Positions 33,766-43,259 of a stretch of 64,000 nt of DNA are shown one piece after another. Below the pieces are notes generated by a model, which saw only the letters and a list, made by a program, of their open reading frames with translations, had not been told where the DNA came from and ran no database searches. The DNA lies in NCBI GenBank assembly GCA_963755715.1, contig CAVWLW010000003.1, positions 64,001 through 128,000 on the forward strand, in the 5' to 3' direction. How positions within the stretch are numbered: position 1 is the first letter of the stretch; the number at the start of each line of letters is the position of its first letter. The position numbers and the translations under genes were made by a program. This stretch comes from an uncultured delta proteobacterium. GTDB taxonomy: Bacteria; Desulfobacterota; Binatia; UBA9968.

Positions 33766-33798
33766 ATGGGATTGGTTCGCCAACTTTAAGCGCGCACG

Positions 33799-34578
33799 AT
33801 GATCACTCAAGAACAAAATAATTTATTGACGCAAACCGGCCGCAGCACGCCCTGCGGCGAATTGATGCGCCGGTATTGGCAGCCGGCAGCTTTATCGGAA
33901 GACTTGACGGCCGACAAACCGTTGCCGGTCACATTGTTCGGCGAAGAATTGATTTTGTTTCGCGACGATCAGAGCGGTCCTGCGCTGATTGGACGCTACT
34001 GCGCGCACCAGGGCTTCGATATGGTTTACGGCCGCGTCGAGGCCGGCGGCCTGCGCTGCATGTATCATGGTTGGCTGTTCGATGCTTGCGGCAAAGTCGT
34101 GGTGCGTGGCGATTGGTTGCCGGGAGGAGAACAACGAATGTCGGTGGGACAGCCGGCCTATCCGTGCGTCGAGGCCGGCGGCGTGATTTTCACATATCTG
34201 GGACCGGGCGAGGCGCCAACGTTGGTAGTCCATGAATTGTTCGTCAAGCTACCGACGCGTTTCGCGCTGACGAAAATTCTCCGCGACGAAAATTACCTGC
34301 AAGGAATTCTCCGCGCCAACGTATCGCCGCTCGACGGTGCGAGATTCGTCATGCCCAATCTCGTGTTCTCTCCGGGGGCGTCAGGCGCAGAAAGTTGGGT
34401 GCGCTGGTGCGTGCCGGTTGATGACAGCTCTTATGTGGAATTTACCTTTCTGTACTTCGAAGAGTCGCCGATCCCAGGCGAGCCGCGGGATGCAGCCCAG
34501 GCGGTCCTGCTCAAAGCGATTGAAGAAATTTGCGCTCAGCGGCGAGTTGCGTCGGAATCTGCGGCGAAAGATCGCTAG
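33799..34578 (+). CDS. short Rieske-domain protein, RO4; catalytic Fe motif absent
   Basis: LTQTGRSTPCGELMRRYWQP and CAH...CMYH are kept; no DxxHx4H follows NYLQG; only 259 aa. Confidence 0.8.
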   Translation: MITQEQNNLLTQTGRSTPCGELMRRYWQPAALSEDLTADKPLPVTLFGEELILFRDDQSGPALIGRYCAHQGFDMVYGRVEAGGLRCMYHGWLFDACGKVVVRGDWLPGGEQRMSVGQPAYPCVEAGGVIFTYLGPGEAPTLVVHELFVKLPTRFALTKILRDENYLQGILRANVSPLDGARFVMPNLVFSPGASGAESWVRWCVPVDDSSYVEFTFLYFEESPIPGEPRDAAQAVLLKAIEEICAQRRVASESAAKDR

Positions 34579-34592
34579 CCCTGTAACTTCTG

Positions 34593-35666
34593 TTAGGCAA
34601 GCAAGCTGCCAAGATGGACGATAACTTCCTCGATGTCGTCGAGGGAGTTCCAGCGCGGCGAGCCGCCGAGATGGGGCGTAACGATCACGTTGGGGAATTG
34701 GATCAGCGGATCGTTGGGGCTCCCCGGTTCTTCATAGAAAGTATCCAGCCCATAGCCACCCAGCCGTCCCGAAGCGAGCGCCTGGCGCAGTGCCTCGCGC
34801 TCTACCAGGTTCGGCTGCGAAACGTTGATCAAAAAGGTGCCGGCTTTAATCACCGCTAGTTGATCGGCGCCGATGAAGTTGACGGTCGCCGCGCTGCGCG
34901 GCAGATGTAAACTCACGAAGTCAGAGGTAGCCAGCAGCTCATCGAGAGAACAATAAGTTGCCTGATATCGCTGTTCGACGACGGCGGGCAAGCGCGTGCG
35001 CTGCGCGTAGACGATGCTCATACCAAGCGCGAGCGCGCGCAGCGCCAGCTCGCGACCGATCTCGCCGAGGCCGACGATGCCAAGCTGTTTACGATAGAGC
35101 GTGACCATGCCAGGGATGCGCGCCCAGTTACCGTTGGGTGTGTGCGAGCGGTCATAGGCCGTCGGTTCATAGCCGGCGCGTTTCAACTGTTCGACGCTAA
35201 TGAGATTCGCATTGCGCGTGAGTTGGCGCGCCAGGACGAGCATCAACATCAATCCTTGTTCGGCGGTGGAGATATTCGCCCGCCGGCGAATCGTCAATAC
35301 TTTCACACCGGCGGTTGCGCAGGCAACTTCGTCGATGTTGCGCGTGGTCAAGCCGTACTTTTGCACGAACCTGAGCGGGCTTCCCGCGGCGGCTATTTCT
35401 TTGGCGCCAACCGCTAGCTCCTCGACGACCACAACGGTCGCGCTGGAAACGTTCGCCAACAGCTCTGCCTGGTTGTCGACCAGATGCACCTCTGCCGGAT
35501 AGATGTTTTGCACCTGCGCGCGGATCTTATCGCACCAGCCGTGAAAGTCCGGCGTGTCGTGTTTGCAAAAATGCGCGAACGCGTCGAAACGCTCTTTCGG
35601 GGCGCTGGGATCGAGGACGACTTGGATCAAGCGCAGAAAACTATCGTTTTCGACGACGAACTTCAT
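34593..35666 (-). CDS. D-isomer specific 2-hydroxyacid dehydrogenase family protein
   Basis: GIVGLGEIG, SDFVSLHLP, LDTFYEEP, TPHLGG. Confidence 0.9.
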   Translation of the reverse strand: MKFVVENDSFLRLIQVVLDPSAPKERFDAFAHFCKHDTPDFHGWCDKIRAQVQNIYPAEVHLVDNQAELLANVSSATVVVVEELAVGAKEIAAAGSPLRFVQKYGLTTRNIDEVACATAGVKVLTIRRRANISTAEQGLMLMLVLARQLTRNANLISVEQLKRAGYEPTAYDRSHTPNGNWARIPGMVTLYRKQLGIVGLGEIGRELALRALALGMSIVYAQRTRLPAVVEQRYQATYCSLDELLATSDFVSLHLPRSAATVNFIGADQLAVIKAGTFLINVSQPNLVEREALRQALASGRLGGYGLDTFYEEPGSPNDPLIQFPNVIVTPHLGGSPRWNSLDDIEEVIVHLGSLLA

Positions 35667-35709
35667 ATATGGGTCGTTGATGGCGCGATTGAACGATCCT
35701 TGTTCAAAG

Positions 35710-35767
35710 CCTGAACGAAGTGAAGGATCGTTCTTATTTTGCGACAGATCCTTCGAAGCTCAGGATG
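35710..35767. repeat. degenerate REP-like doublet (CCTGAACGAAGTGAAGGATC...GATCCTTCGAAGCTCAGGATG)
   Basis: Matches the family at 17842 and 24307. Confidence 0.6.
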
Positions 35768-35793
35768 CGCTAGGCGCGCACTTTGGACGGTGT

Positions 35794-36321
35794 TTACGGT
35801 TCCGGGTCGACTTTCAATGCTTTCAAAAATCTCGTCAGCATGTTGTAGGCGCCGATCAGCATCGTTAGCTCGACGGTTTGGCGCTCGCTGAAGTGTTGGC
35901 GCAGTTCGCTAAAAACCGAGTCGGCAACGTCGATCTCCTGTGTCATCGCATCCGTGTAAGCAAGCAGCGCGCGTTGTGGTGCGCTGAACAGTTTCGAGGG
36001 TTGCCAGTTTTCCAAGGCCGCGACTTGTTCCGGCGTCAACCCTTCTTTTAACGCGTACGCCGGTCCGTGCGCGCGCTGGACATATTCGACGTCGTTCAGA
36101 ATCGCCACGCGGATGACCGCCAGCTCTCGGCTTTGGCCGTCGATCTCGGTGCCGTAGCGCACGGCCTGATTGAGCTCGAACCACGCGTTCGCCAGCGCCG
36201 GGCTATGCAACATCAGCCGATAAATGTTGATGAGCTGGCCGCCGCGCGCGCCTTTGATCTTGGCGATGGATTCGGCCAGCTCAGGGTGTTCGGTTTCTTC
36301 GATTAGCGTTACGCGTGCCAT
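35794..36321 (-). CDS. carboxymuconolactone decarboxylase/AhpD-like family protein
   Basis: NIYRLMLHSP, RELAVIRVA, EY..RAH, ERQTVELTMLIGAYNM; contains no Cys. Confidence 0.85.
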   Translation of the reverse strand: MARVTLIEETEHPELAESIAKIKGARGGQLINIYRLMLHSPALANAWFELNQAVRYGTEIDGQSRELAVIRVAILNDVEYVQRAHGPAYALKEGLTPEQVAALENWQPSKLFSAPQRALLAYTDAMTQEIDVADSVFSELRQHFSERQTVELTMLIGAYNMLTRFLKALKVDPEP

Positions 36322-36399
36322 GATCTTTCTGTGAATTCATTACTGATTATCTTAGCCCAAGATTCCAAAATATCTATTGCGCAGCGTTTCGCACGAAAT

Positions 36400-36433
36400 T
36401 TGCCGCGACCGGCAATGTTAGTTATGCTATAGT
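36400..36433 (+). promoter_or_regulatory. putative sigma70 promoter for the GT87 gene
   Basis: TTGCCG-17-TATGCT, overlapping an extended TGnTATAGT. Confidence 0.4.
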
Positions 36434-36471
36434 ATATATCGCTCGAAGGGAATTTGCGGAGACGAACGGAC

Positions 36472-37699
36472 ATGCAGCAATCGGAACGTTGGAAAAATCG
36501 TTTTAAGGCAGTGGCGCTCGGTATCGGTCTCGCTCTGACGATGCTGACCATTCGCCATTGGTACGAGACATTCATCCTTTGGACATCCGCTATGCGATGA
36601 CTGTCGGCTCGATTTTCCGCAGTTTTACGCCGCGCGCCAAACTGATTTGGGAAAAACCCTCCGCGCTTTACGACAACGCATCGCAGCTGGCGATTCAAAA
36701 AGCGATCGACAACCGCATCGGCGATTCGATTTTGCCGTTCGCCTATCCGCCGGTCACGGCTCTTGTATTGATGCCATTGGGCTGGCTGTCGTTCCGCATG
36801 GCTTTTGTGGCAATTACCCTCGTCAATATCGGCGCTGCTATTGGTGTTCACGCTCAGGCTGTTAATCCGCAAGCTCGGTCTCAAAAGCGAACAATCGACA
36901 TGGTTGCTACTCAGCACGTTTTGCAATTTCGGTGTCCATAGCGTTCTCCTCCAAGGGCAGACTTCGTTGGTGGTCTTGTTCTGTCTTACTGCCTTTATGT
37001 TCTCGGCAATGAGCGGCAAACAATTCCATCGCGGGATTTTGGGCCGGACTTAATTTCTTGAAACCTCAACTCCTCCCAGTGCCGTTTATTGCTCTCACTT
37101 TTCAACGGCTGTGGCAGGCGCTTTCGATTGCCGCCGTCGTAGTCGCGGGGCTCTGCTTGCTGTCTGTGGTTCTCGTTGGGACAGAAGGAATCAGCCAATA
37201 TCTTCAACTGTTGAGATTCTATAGTACGACCGAAAGTGGCTTCGGAAGCTATCCCGAGAAGATGCATAACTTGAGAGCGTTAGTCCAATATTTTGCGCCG
37301 TTTTCACTGGCACCGTATCTTTGGGTTGCAATGGTGGTTCCCATAGCCCTTTTGACCATGTGGCTTAATGCGAGCAAAGTGGATGGCGACGATAAGACAG
37401 CATTTTTGTGGATCGGAAACTTTCTTACAATGATGCTGATAACGCCGCATCTTTATTCGCACGATCTTTCTTTTTTGCTTGTGCCGAGCGCATTGACCTT
37501 GAAACTCTCGGGCGCGACAGTTCCCTTATTCGTTCCACCGTTGTTAATTTGCTTGAGTGTCCTGCCCATTTTACCTCTGGTGGTCGGCAACCCAGTGCCG
37601 CCGCCGCTGCCGATAATTTTTTTGCTCGCCTACTTCGGCTGTGTATGGATGGTGCGGAAATCGATTACGAAACGATCCAGTTTGGTTGCAGAATTCTAA
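36472..37699 (+). CDS. glycosyltransferase family 87 (DUF2029-like) membrane protein (several indels)
   Basis: DFPQFYAA, PFAYPP, LLQGQTS, KPQL, TPHLYSHDL motifs; polytopic hydrophobic segments. Confidence 0.8.
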
Positions 37700-37743
37700 G
37701 ATTCTAGTCGCATTTAGACAAAACCTTTGTTCTGGAGCAGAGG

Positions 37744-39208
37744 TTACAAGGTCCGGCGCTTTTCCAAACGGAGGGAAAAATTCGGTTTCTGTATGAATAC
37801 GCTGTTGCGCTCGGTTTGTTTGCTGAGTTCGCCGACGAGATTCACCAGCGGGTTTCCATTGGTTCGATAGTGACGCGGCGGTCCGGCGGCGTGCATGCGC
37901 TCGACATCTTCTTTGCTCGTGAAAAAGCGTGACAGCACTTCTTCATCAGAGATGCCTTGTCCGCCGTATTTACGCCGCAAGTCTTGCAGAGAATCACTTG
38001 GATGGGGCCGCTCGGCAATCTCTTTGGCGCGCGGGCGGTTGAGAATTTTCTCCTTCACAGTTCGCGTCCATGAAGGCGGCGCCCTCTTTGCCCCAGATGC
38101 CCATGGCGTATTCAATCGTCTGATCGGTGACTTGCTTGTAGCGCTCGCCGACGATGACATTGATGGCCGCCTGGCTGCCGACGAACTGCGACAGCGGTGT
38201 CACCATGATCGGGTAACCGAAGTCGGCGCGTACCTGAGCGGCTTCTTCCAACGTCCGGTCAACTTTGTTTTCCATGCCGACGCGGCGCAGCTGATAACGC
38301 AAGTTGGAAATCATGCCGCCAGGAATTTGATGCACGTATTGCGCGTAGTCGTATTCCGGCGTTTTGCCGATGGGCAGGTTTTCCTCCTTGGCACAGGCGG
38401 TGAAATGCTTCGCCACGTGACGCAGCGGTTCTTCATCGATCGCCGTTTTGAAACCCAACGCGCGCGCATTCATCGCAACATTAAAAATCGACGGATTCGA
38501 CGAGCCATCAGCCAGCGGTGGAATGGCGGTGTTGACGTGGGTCATGCCGGCTTTGATCGCTTCCAGGCAGCAGAGCGTGCCGAGTCCCGTCGTGCAGTGC
38601 GTGTGCAATTCCACGGTCTTCCCGCCGGCTGCCTTCAGCACCGCCGGCACTACAGTCTTGGTTCTTTCGGGAGTCAAGATGCCGCCCGGGTCCTTGAAAA
38701 TAACCCGATAGACATCGAGAGCGAATGCTTCGCGGATCTTGCTGGCGAAGTATTCGTCGGTGTGACGTGGCGACACGGTGTAAATAAGATTAATGATCGG
38801 TTTGAGTCCGGCGTTCTTTGCTTGTTTAACGCGCCAAGCCCAATCCGCGGGATCGTTCCACGAGTCGGAAATGCGCACCTCGGTTACGCCGACATTGGCC
38901 ATGCAGGTATCGTAAAGCTGATGCAGCGCTGCCGGGTAAATCGCAAAGCCGCTGCGCGTGCCGTGGATCAACCGTAAGGGTGTTTTTTTGAATTTCGGGA
39001 TGACTAACCGATAGCGCTCCCAGGGATCCTCGCGCAGCTCTTTGACGCACTTGGGCAGCTCGACCGGTCCGCCGAGCTCGACGGCTTCGAAACCGGCAGC
39101 GTCGATGTATTCCACAATGGGCACGATCATGCCGGTTCTCATGTTGTACGCCCATAGACTTTGTTGCCCGTCGCGCAGTGTGGTGTCGACGAAAAGAACT
39201 TCAGTCAT
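37744..39208 (-). CDS. pyruvate carboxylase B/oxaloacetate decarboxylase alpha-like carboxyltransferase, no biotinyl domain (frameshift near 38065)
   Basis: DTTLRDGQQS, EDPWER, FKDPGG, HTHCTTG, HQIPGGMISN, GYPIMVTPLSQFVGSQA. Confidence 0.9.
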
Positions 39209-39279
39209 TGCGAGTATTCCGGAATTTAATTTTGCGAATGAAAACGATTTTATCAAATGACGAAAATTGTCGAGCGGCT

Positions 39280-39733
39280 CTACTCCTCGCGCAGCCAAAT
39301 TTGGCTGCGGCCGAATAAGGAAAAGCCGACAAAGCCGCGCACCTCGAGTTTACTGCCGCCGTCGATAACTTTCATCTTAGCGCGGTAGATCGTGCCAGTC
39401 TCGGGATCGAGTATCTCTCCTCGCTTGGTATTCGTCGCCTTGCTTTTTGAGCCCCCACATAAACGTCATGCCCAGCACAGGTTGATTACGCCGGGCGCCG
39501 TCGCACTTCTCGCACTTCGGCGCCGGATCGTCGCCTGGTGCGGGGAAAATTTTTTCGATCTTGCCCTCGTACTGGCCGTTGACCTCGCGAATCCGAATCA
39601 GGCCCTTGGCCTTGCCGGAATGCTCGTCGACGGTTTTCCACAAGCCCGATGGCGATAATTCGGCCGCGCCAAGAGGAAGCGACTGGAGACATAGGATGAT
39701 TACCAAGAAAAGCCAATGACGGATTTCGCGCAT
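39280..39733 (-). CDS. DUF2147 domain exported protein (frameshift near 39423)
   Basis: Signal peptide, SPSGLWKTVD, CEKC, PVLGM, then GEILDPETGTIY...LEVRGFVGFSLFGRSQIWLR in the shifted frame. Confidence 0.88.
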
Positions 39734-39783
39734 AGACGTACCTAACTTCCTGTGCAGAGTCGATCTCGATGCCCTGGTTTGTT

Positions 39784-39905
39784 TTACCAGTTACAAAAAC
39801 GATTTTCGATATAGGTGACGAGACTAACGAGGGCGATGCCAAATAACGCCAACAACACGATGGCGATAAACACCGGCGCCATTTCGAGCGCATTGGCAGC
39901 GCTGC
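39784..39905 (-). pseudogene. 3' stump of an SsuC/TauC-type ABC permease
   Basis: Hand translation SAANALEMAPVFIAIVLLALFGIALVSLVTYIENRFCNW-stop resembles the last helix and ExR..W tail of these permeases; the upstream part is missing. Confidence 0.55.
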
Positions 39906-39913
39906 ACCCAGAA

Positions 39914-40924
39914 TTAACTTGCTCGCTGAAACCTTGGAAAGATTTCACTGGACATCAATTCCAGCGTTCGGCGCACATGGACCATCGGCACACCGCCGAA
40001 GTTGACCATGCAGATCACGTGGGTGACGCCAGTCTTTTCATATTCCCGGAAGATAGCGTCTGCTTGGGATGGGGTAGTGAAGACAACTAAGCCTTCCCTC
40101 TTGAGCTCGTCGAAATTGGGGATCTTCGATCCCGGACGACGGTGCGTCTTGGTGAATGAAGTGACACGGTCGAAATAAGGCCGGCTGAGCGTCACGGCAT
40201 CGTTCTCATTCTCATTCAGGTACACGTGCAAAGCGACCATGATGCTCGGCTCGGCTTTGTGGCCGGAGCGAACGTAATTGTCTTTGTATAGATCGTTCTT
40301 CGCTTTCACATCGAGGAGATTGTTCGAGCGCGCGAACGGAATGCCCATCATCGGCCAGCCGAGTTCTCCAGCCTTGACCAGAGTGTCGTCGCTCGATGCG
40401 GCAAGCCAGATCGGCGGCCCCGGCTTCTGCACCGGTTTCACGTAAAGGGTCGCGTTGTCGTACTGATAATATTTTCCCTTGTGCGAGAACTCCTCTTGCT
40501 CCCAGGCCTTTAAGATCACGTCAGTCGCTTCCCAGAAGCGTTCTTTGGCTTCTTCCATCGTCATGCCGAAGGTTTTGAATTCTACCGGAGAAAACCCGCT
40601 CCCCAAGGCAAATTCTAGTCGCCCGCCACAGAGATTGTCCGCGAACGCGTACTCTTCGGCGAGCACGAGAGGATTATGAAAGGAAGGCACCGCGACCGCC
40701 GGACCCAAGCGGATCCTTTTTGTGCGCTGGCCGAGCGCGGCGATCAGCATCGGCGGCGACACACACGTGCCATACCAATAGAGATGATGCTCGCCGAGCC
40801 AGAAAGAATCGAAGCCCAACTCTTCGGCCCACTCCGCCACGGTGAGAACTTCTTCGTAGTATTTCTGATTCGAGCGGCCCAGCTCTGGATGGTTGTCACC
40901 GAAGATGAAGATGCCGAATTTCAT
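39914..40924 (-). CDS. LLM-class flavin-dependent oxidoreductase (luciferase-like monooxygenase)
   Basis: MKFGIF, AEELGFDSFWLGEHH, TKRIRLG, HNPLVLAEE, GRLEFALGSG, PVQKPGPPIW. Confidence 0.92.
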   Translation of the reverse strand: MKFGIFIFGDNHPELGRSNQKYYEEVLTVAEWAEELGFDSFWLGEHHLYWYGTCVSPPMLIAALGQRTKRIRLGPAVAVPSFHNPLVLAEEYAFADNLCGGRLEFALGSGFSPVEFKTFGMTMEEAKERFWEATDVILKAWEQEEFSHKGKYYQYDNATLYVKPVQKPGPPIWLAASSDDTLVKAGELGWPMMGIPFARSNNLLDVKAKNDLYKDNYVRSGHKAEPSIMVALHVYLNENENDAVTLSRPYFDRVTSFTKTHRRPGSKIPNFDELKREGLVVFTTPSQADAIFREYEKTGVTHVICMVNFGGVPMVHVRRTLELMSSEIFPRFQRAS

Positions 40925-40973
40925 AGATTAACAGCTCCGAACTCGCGCGCGTGGAACAGGCTGGACAAACACC

Positions 40974-41968
40974 TTATTTGCGCCCATAGAGCTTATCGAC
41001 GAAGCCGCTCTTTTTCATTTCGTCGACGAAGCGTAAGCTCGACGAAAGTCTTCCGGTTTGGCTTTGCCGGCGCGCGGATCGGTGAGCGCTTGTACTTCGA
41101 GAGTTTGCTTCAAACCTTCGAGCGTCGGGTAAGTATCTTCAACCAGAAATTCGTAATTGGCCGCGTAGGCGCCTTCGAGCACGGCTCGGTCCAAGCCGCG
41201 GGTATATTTCTGCATGATCTTGATCGCGTCATCTTTACGCGTTTTGAAGTAGTGGCCCGCTTCGCCCAGCGACCAGACGACGCGACGAACCTCATCGGGA
41301 TTTTCTCGAATCTTCTTCCGGGTCGCCACGCTGCAGTTAAATTGGAACGGCACCTTGAGCTTGGCCATATCGATAATCACTTTGAGCCCGTTCTTTTCGC
41401 CCTGGAGTTTTTCTCCTTCGCTGACGATTGTAAAATCCGCTTGTCCGGCAATGGTTGCGCCGAGCCGCGCGGGCGCGCCGCCGAGCGTGACGGCTTTAAT
41501 GTCTTTGTAGCCAATGCCGACTTTCATCAAAGCCAGCCGGAGCGCGAAGTCCGCCGAGGTGCCGGGAATGTGCACCGCAGCGGTCTTGCCGCGCAAGTCT
41601 TCCGGCGACTTGATGCTCGCGTTGCCGACGACGAAGTACGGCAGCGTATTCATCTGGCTCTGAATGATCGCGATCTCCGCTCCCGCGAGCTTGGCGTTGA
41701 TGACGGCCGTCCCCACCGCGCCGCTGTAGCCGAGATCGCCGGCGATCAAACTCTGAATGCCGCGCACGCTGCCGTCGATAAATATCGTATCGAGATCGAG
41801 GCCGTGCTTTTTGAAGATGCCGGCCTCTTTGGCGATCCAGTAGACGACCGATGAATTGCTCGAGTCCGAGATGTAGGCGATGTAGCTTTTCGCAGCTGCG
41901 GTGTGCGCGCAAAAGACCACCGCAGTGAGCGATGCGAGAGACAGGAGCGCGAAAACACGGTTTTTCAT
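40974..41968 (-). CDS. ABC substrate-binding protein, NMT1/SsuA-like (indels near 41035-41045)
   Basis: Signal peptide, WIAKEAGIFKKHGLD, EDLRGK; restored end RFVDEMKKSGFVDKLYGRK-stop. Confidence 0.88.
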
Positions 41969-42063
41969 CGTGGCGGTCTCCTCAATATTATCTTGTCCAG
42001 CGGTTTGAACCGCTCATGCTTAACTTATCTCGCAGGGCGTGACAAGGACTCGACCATGCGGCT

Positions 42064-43245
42064 TTATTTCAGTTTCCCCCACTGTTTCCATGTCAGCACG
42101 AGGCCAAAAGCGCACATCACGGCCGCTGTGATGTACATCCACTGATAGCCGGCGAGATCGACGACGAAGCCATTTAGCAATGCGCCTGTTCCGTTGCTCA
42201 AGGGAAAGGCGACAGAAAAACTCGCCATGGCGCGTCCGCGCCGTTCAGCGGGAGCCTGCTCCATCGCCAATGCGAGAATGCGCGCGCCGCCGATGGCAGA
42301 GCCCAAATACCAAAGCGCGCCGGCGCAAATGATGCCAGCGAGATCCGTAACGATCGGCATGATCAGCAAAGCAATGGTTTCCAAGCCAAAGGCGACGATG
42401 AGCGAGCGGCCGCAGCCGATTTTATCCGAGAGCCGGCCGAGCAGCGGACGTGCGAGCGTGCTGGTGATGCCGATGGCGACGTAGTACCAACCGAAATGGC
42501 TGACATCGAGTTGACGGGCGTAAAGCACGACGAAGCTGGAAAGACAGGGCAGCGAAAGATGCAGCACGAAAAGGAGAGTCGCAGCCAATAGGATGTGGCG
42601 GTCGAATATGTTGATGATCTCGCGCCACCAGGATTCGCTTGGCTCCGACTCGCTCCGAGGCTGGTGGCGCGGAATTTCTCGCGACAGCATATACGCTGCT
42701 GCCGCACCCATAAGAACCAGGCTCATGGCGACGAAAAACACCGCGTTGAAACCGCCGCGCGGAGCCTCGATGATCCACAAAGCGACGGCCGGAAACAAAA
42801 TCGTCGCCGTGGACTGCACGCCGCCGTAGTAGCCGGATGCTTCGCCGCGCCGATCCGCTGGCGCCGCGGTGGCGAGCAGCGTGTAGCCGCCGGTGTTCAT
42901 GCCGGACCAGCCAATGCCTCTAAAACCGTTGGCAATCATCGTCGCGCCGGCGAGAGGAATGAAGCAGATCAGATTGCTCAGCGTTTGCGTGAGCAGGCCG
43001 AGAATCATCACGCCTGTAACGCTCCAGCGATCGGCCCAATAGCCGATGATTGGCCGCGAGATCACGCTGGTGACGCCGAAGGACGCGATCACCAGTCCGA
43101 CAATAAAAGGCGAACCGCCGAGGTGAGTAATGTAAAGCGGGAACGTCGGTTGGAGAACGAAATGCTGCGCGTAGCCCAGGAATTCAGCCAGGCAAAGCAG
43201 AGCGAAGGCGCGGGTCCAGATCGATTCAAGTTTAGGCTTTGGCAT
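42064..43245 (-). CDS. MFS transporter
   Basis: 12-TM pattern, GYWADRW and GRLSDKIG motif A, APADRRGEA. Confidence 0.92.
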   Translation of the reverse strand: MPKPKLESIWTRAFALLCLAEFLGYAQHFVLQPTFPLYITHLGGSPFIVGLVIASFGVTSVISRPIIGYWADRWSVTGVMILGLLTQTLSNLICFIPLAGATMIANGFRGIGWSGMNTGGYTLLATAAPADRRGEASGYYGGVQSTATILFPAVALWIIEAPRGGFNAVFFVAMSLVLMGAAAAYMLSREIPRHQPRSESEPSESWWREIINIFDRHILLAATLLFVLHLSLPCLSSFVVLYARQLDVSHFGWYYVAIGITSTLARPLLGRLSDKIGCGRSLIVAFGLETIALLIMPIVTDLAGIICAGALWYLGSAIGGARILALAMEQAPAERRGRAMASFSVAFPLSNGTGALLNGFVVDLAGYQWMYITAAVMCAFGLVLTWKQWGKLK

Positions 43246-43259
43246 TGAACCAGAACGAA

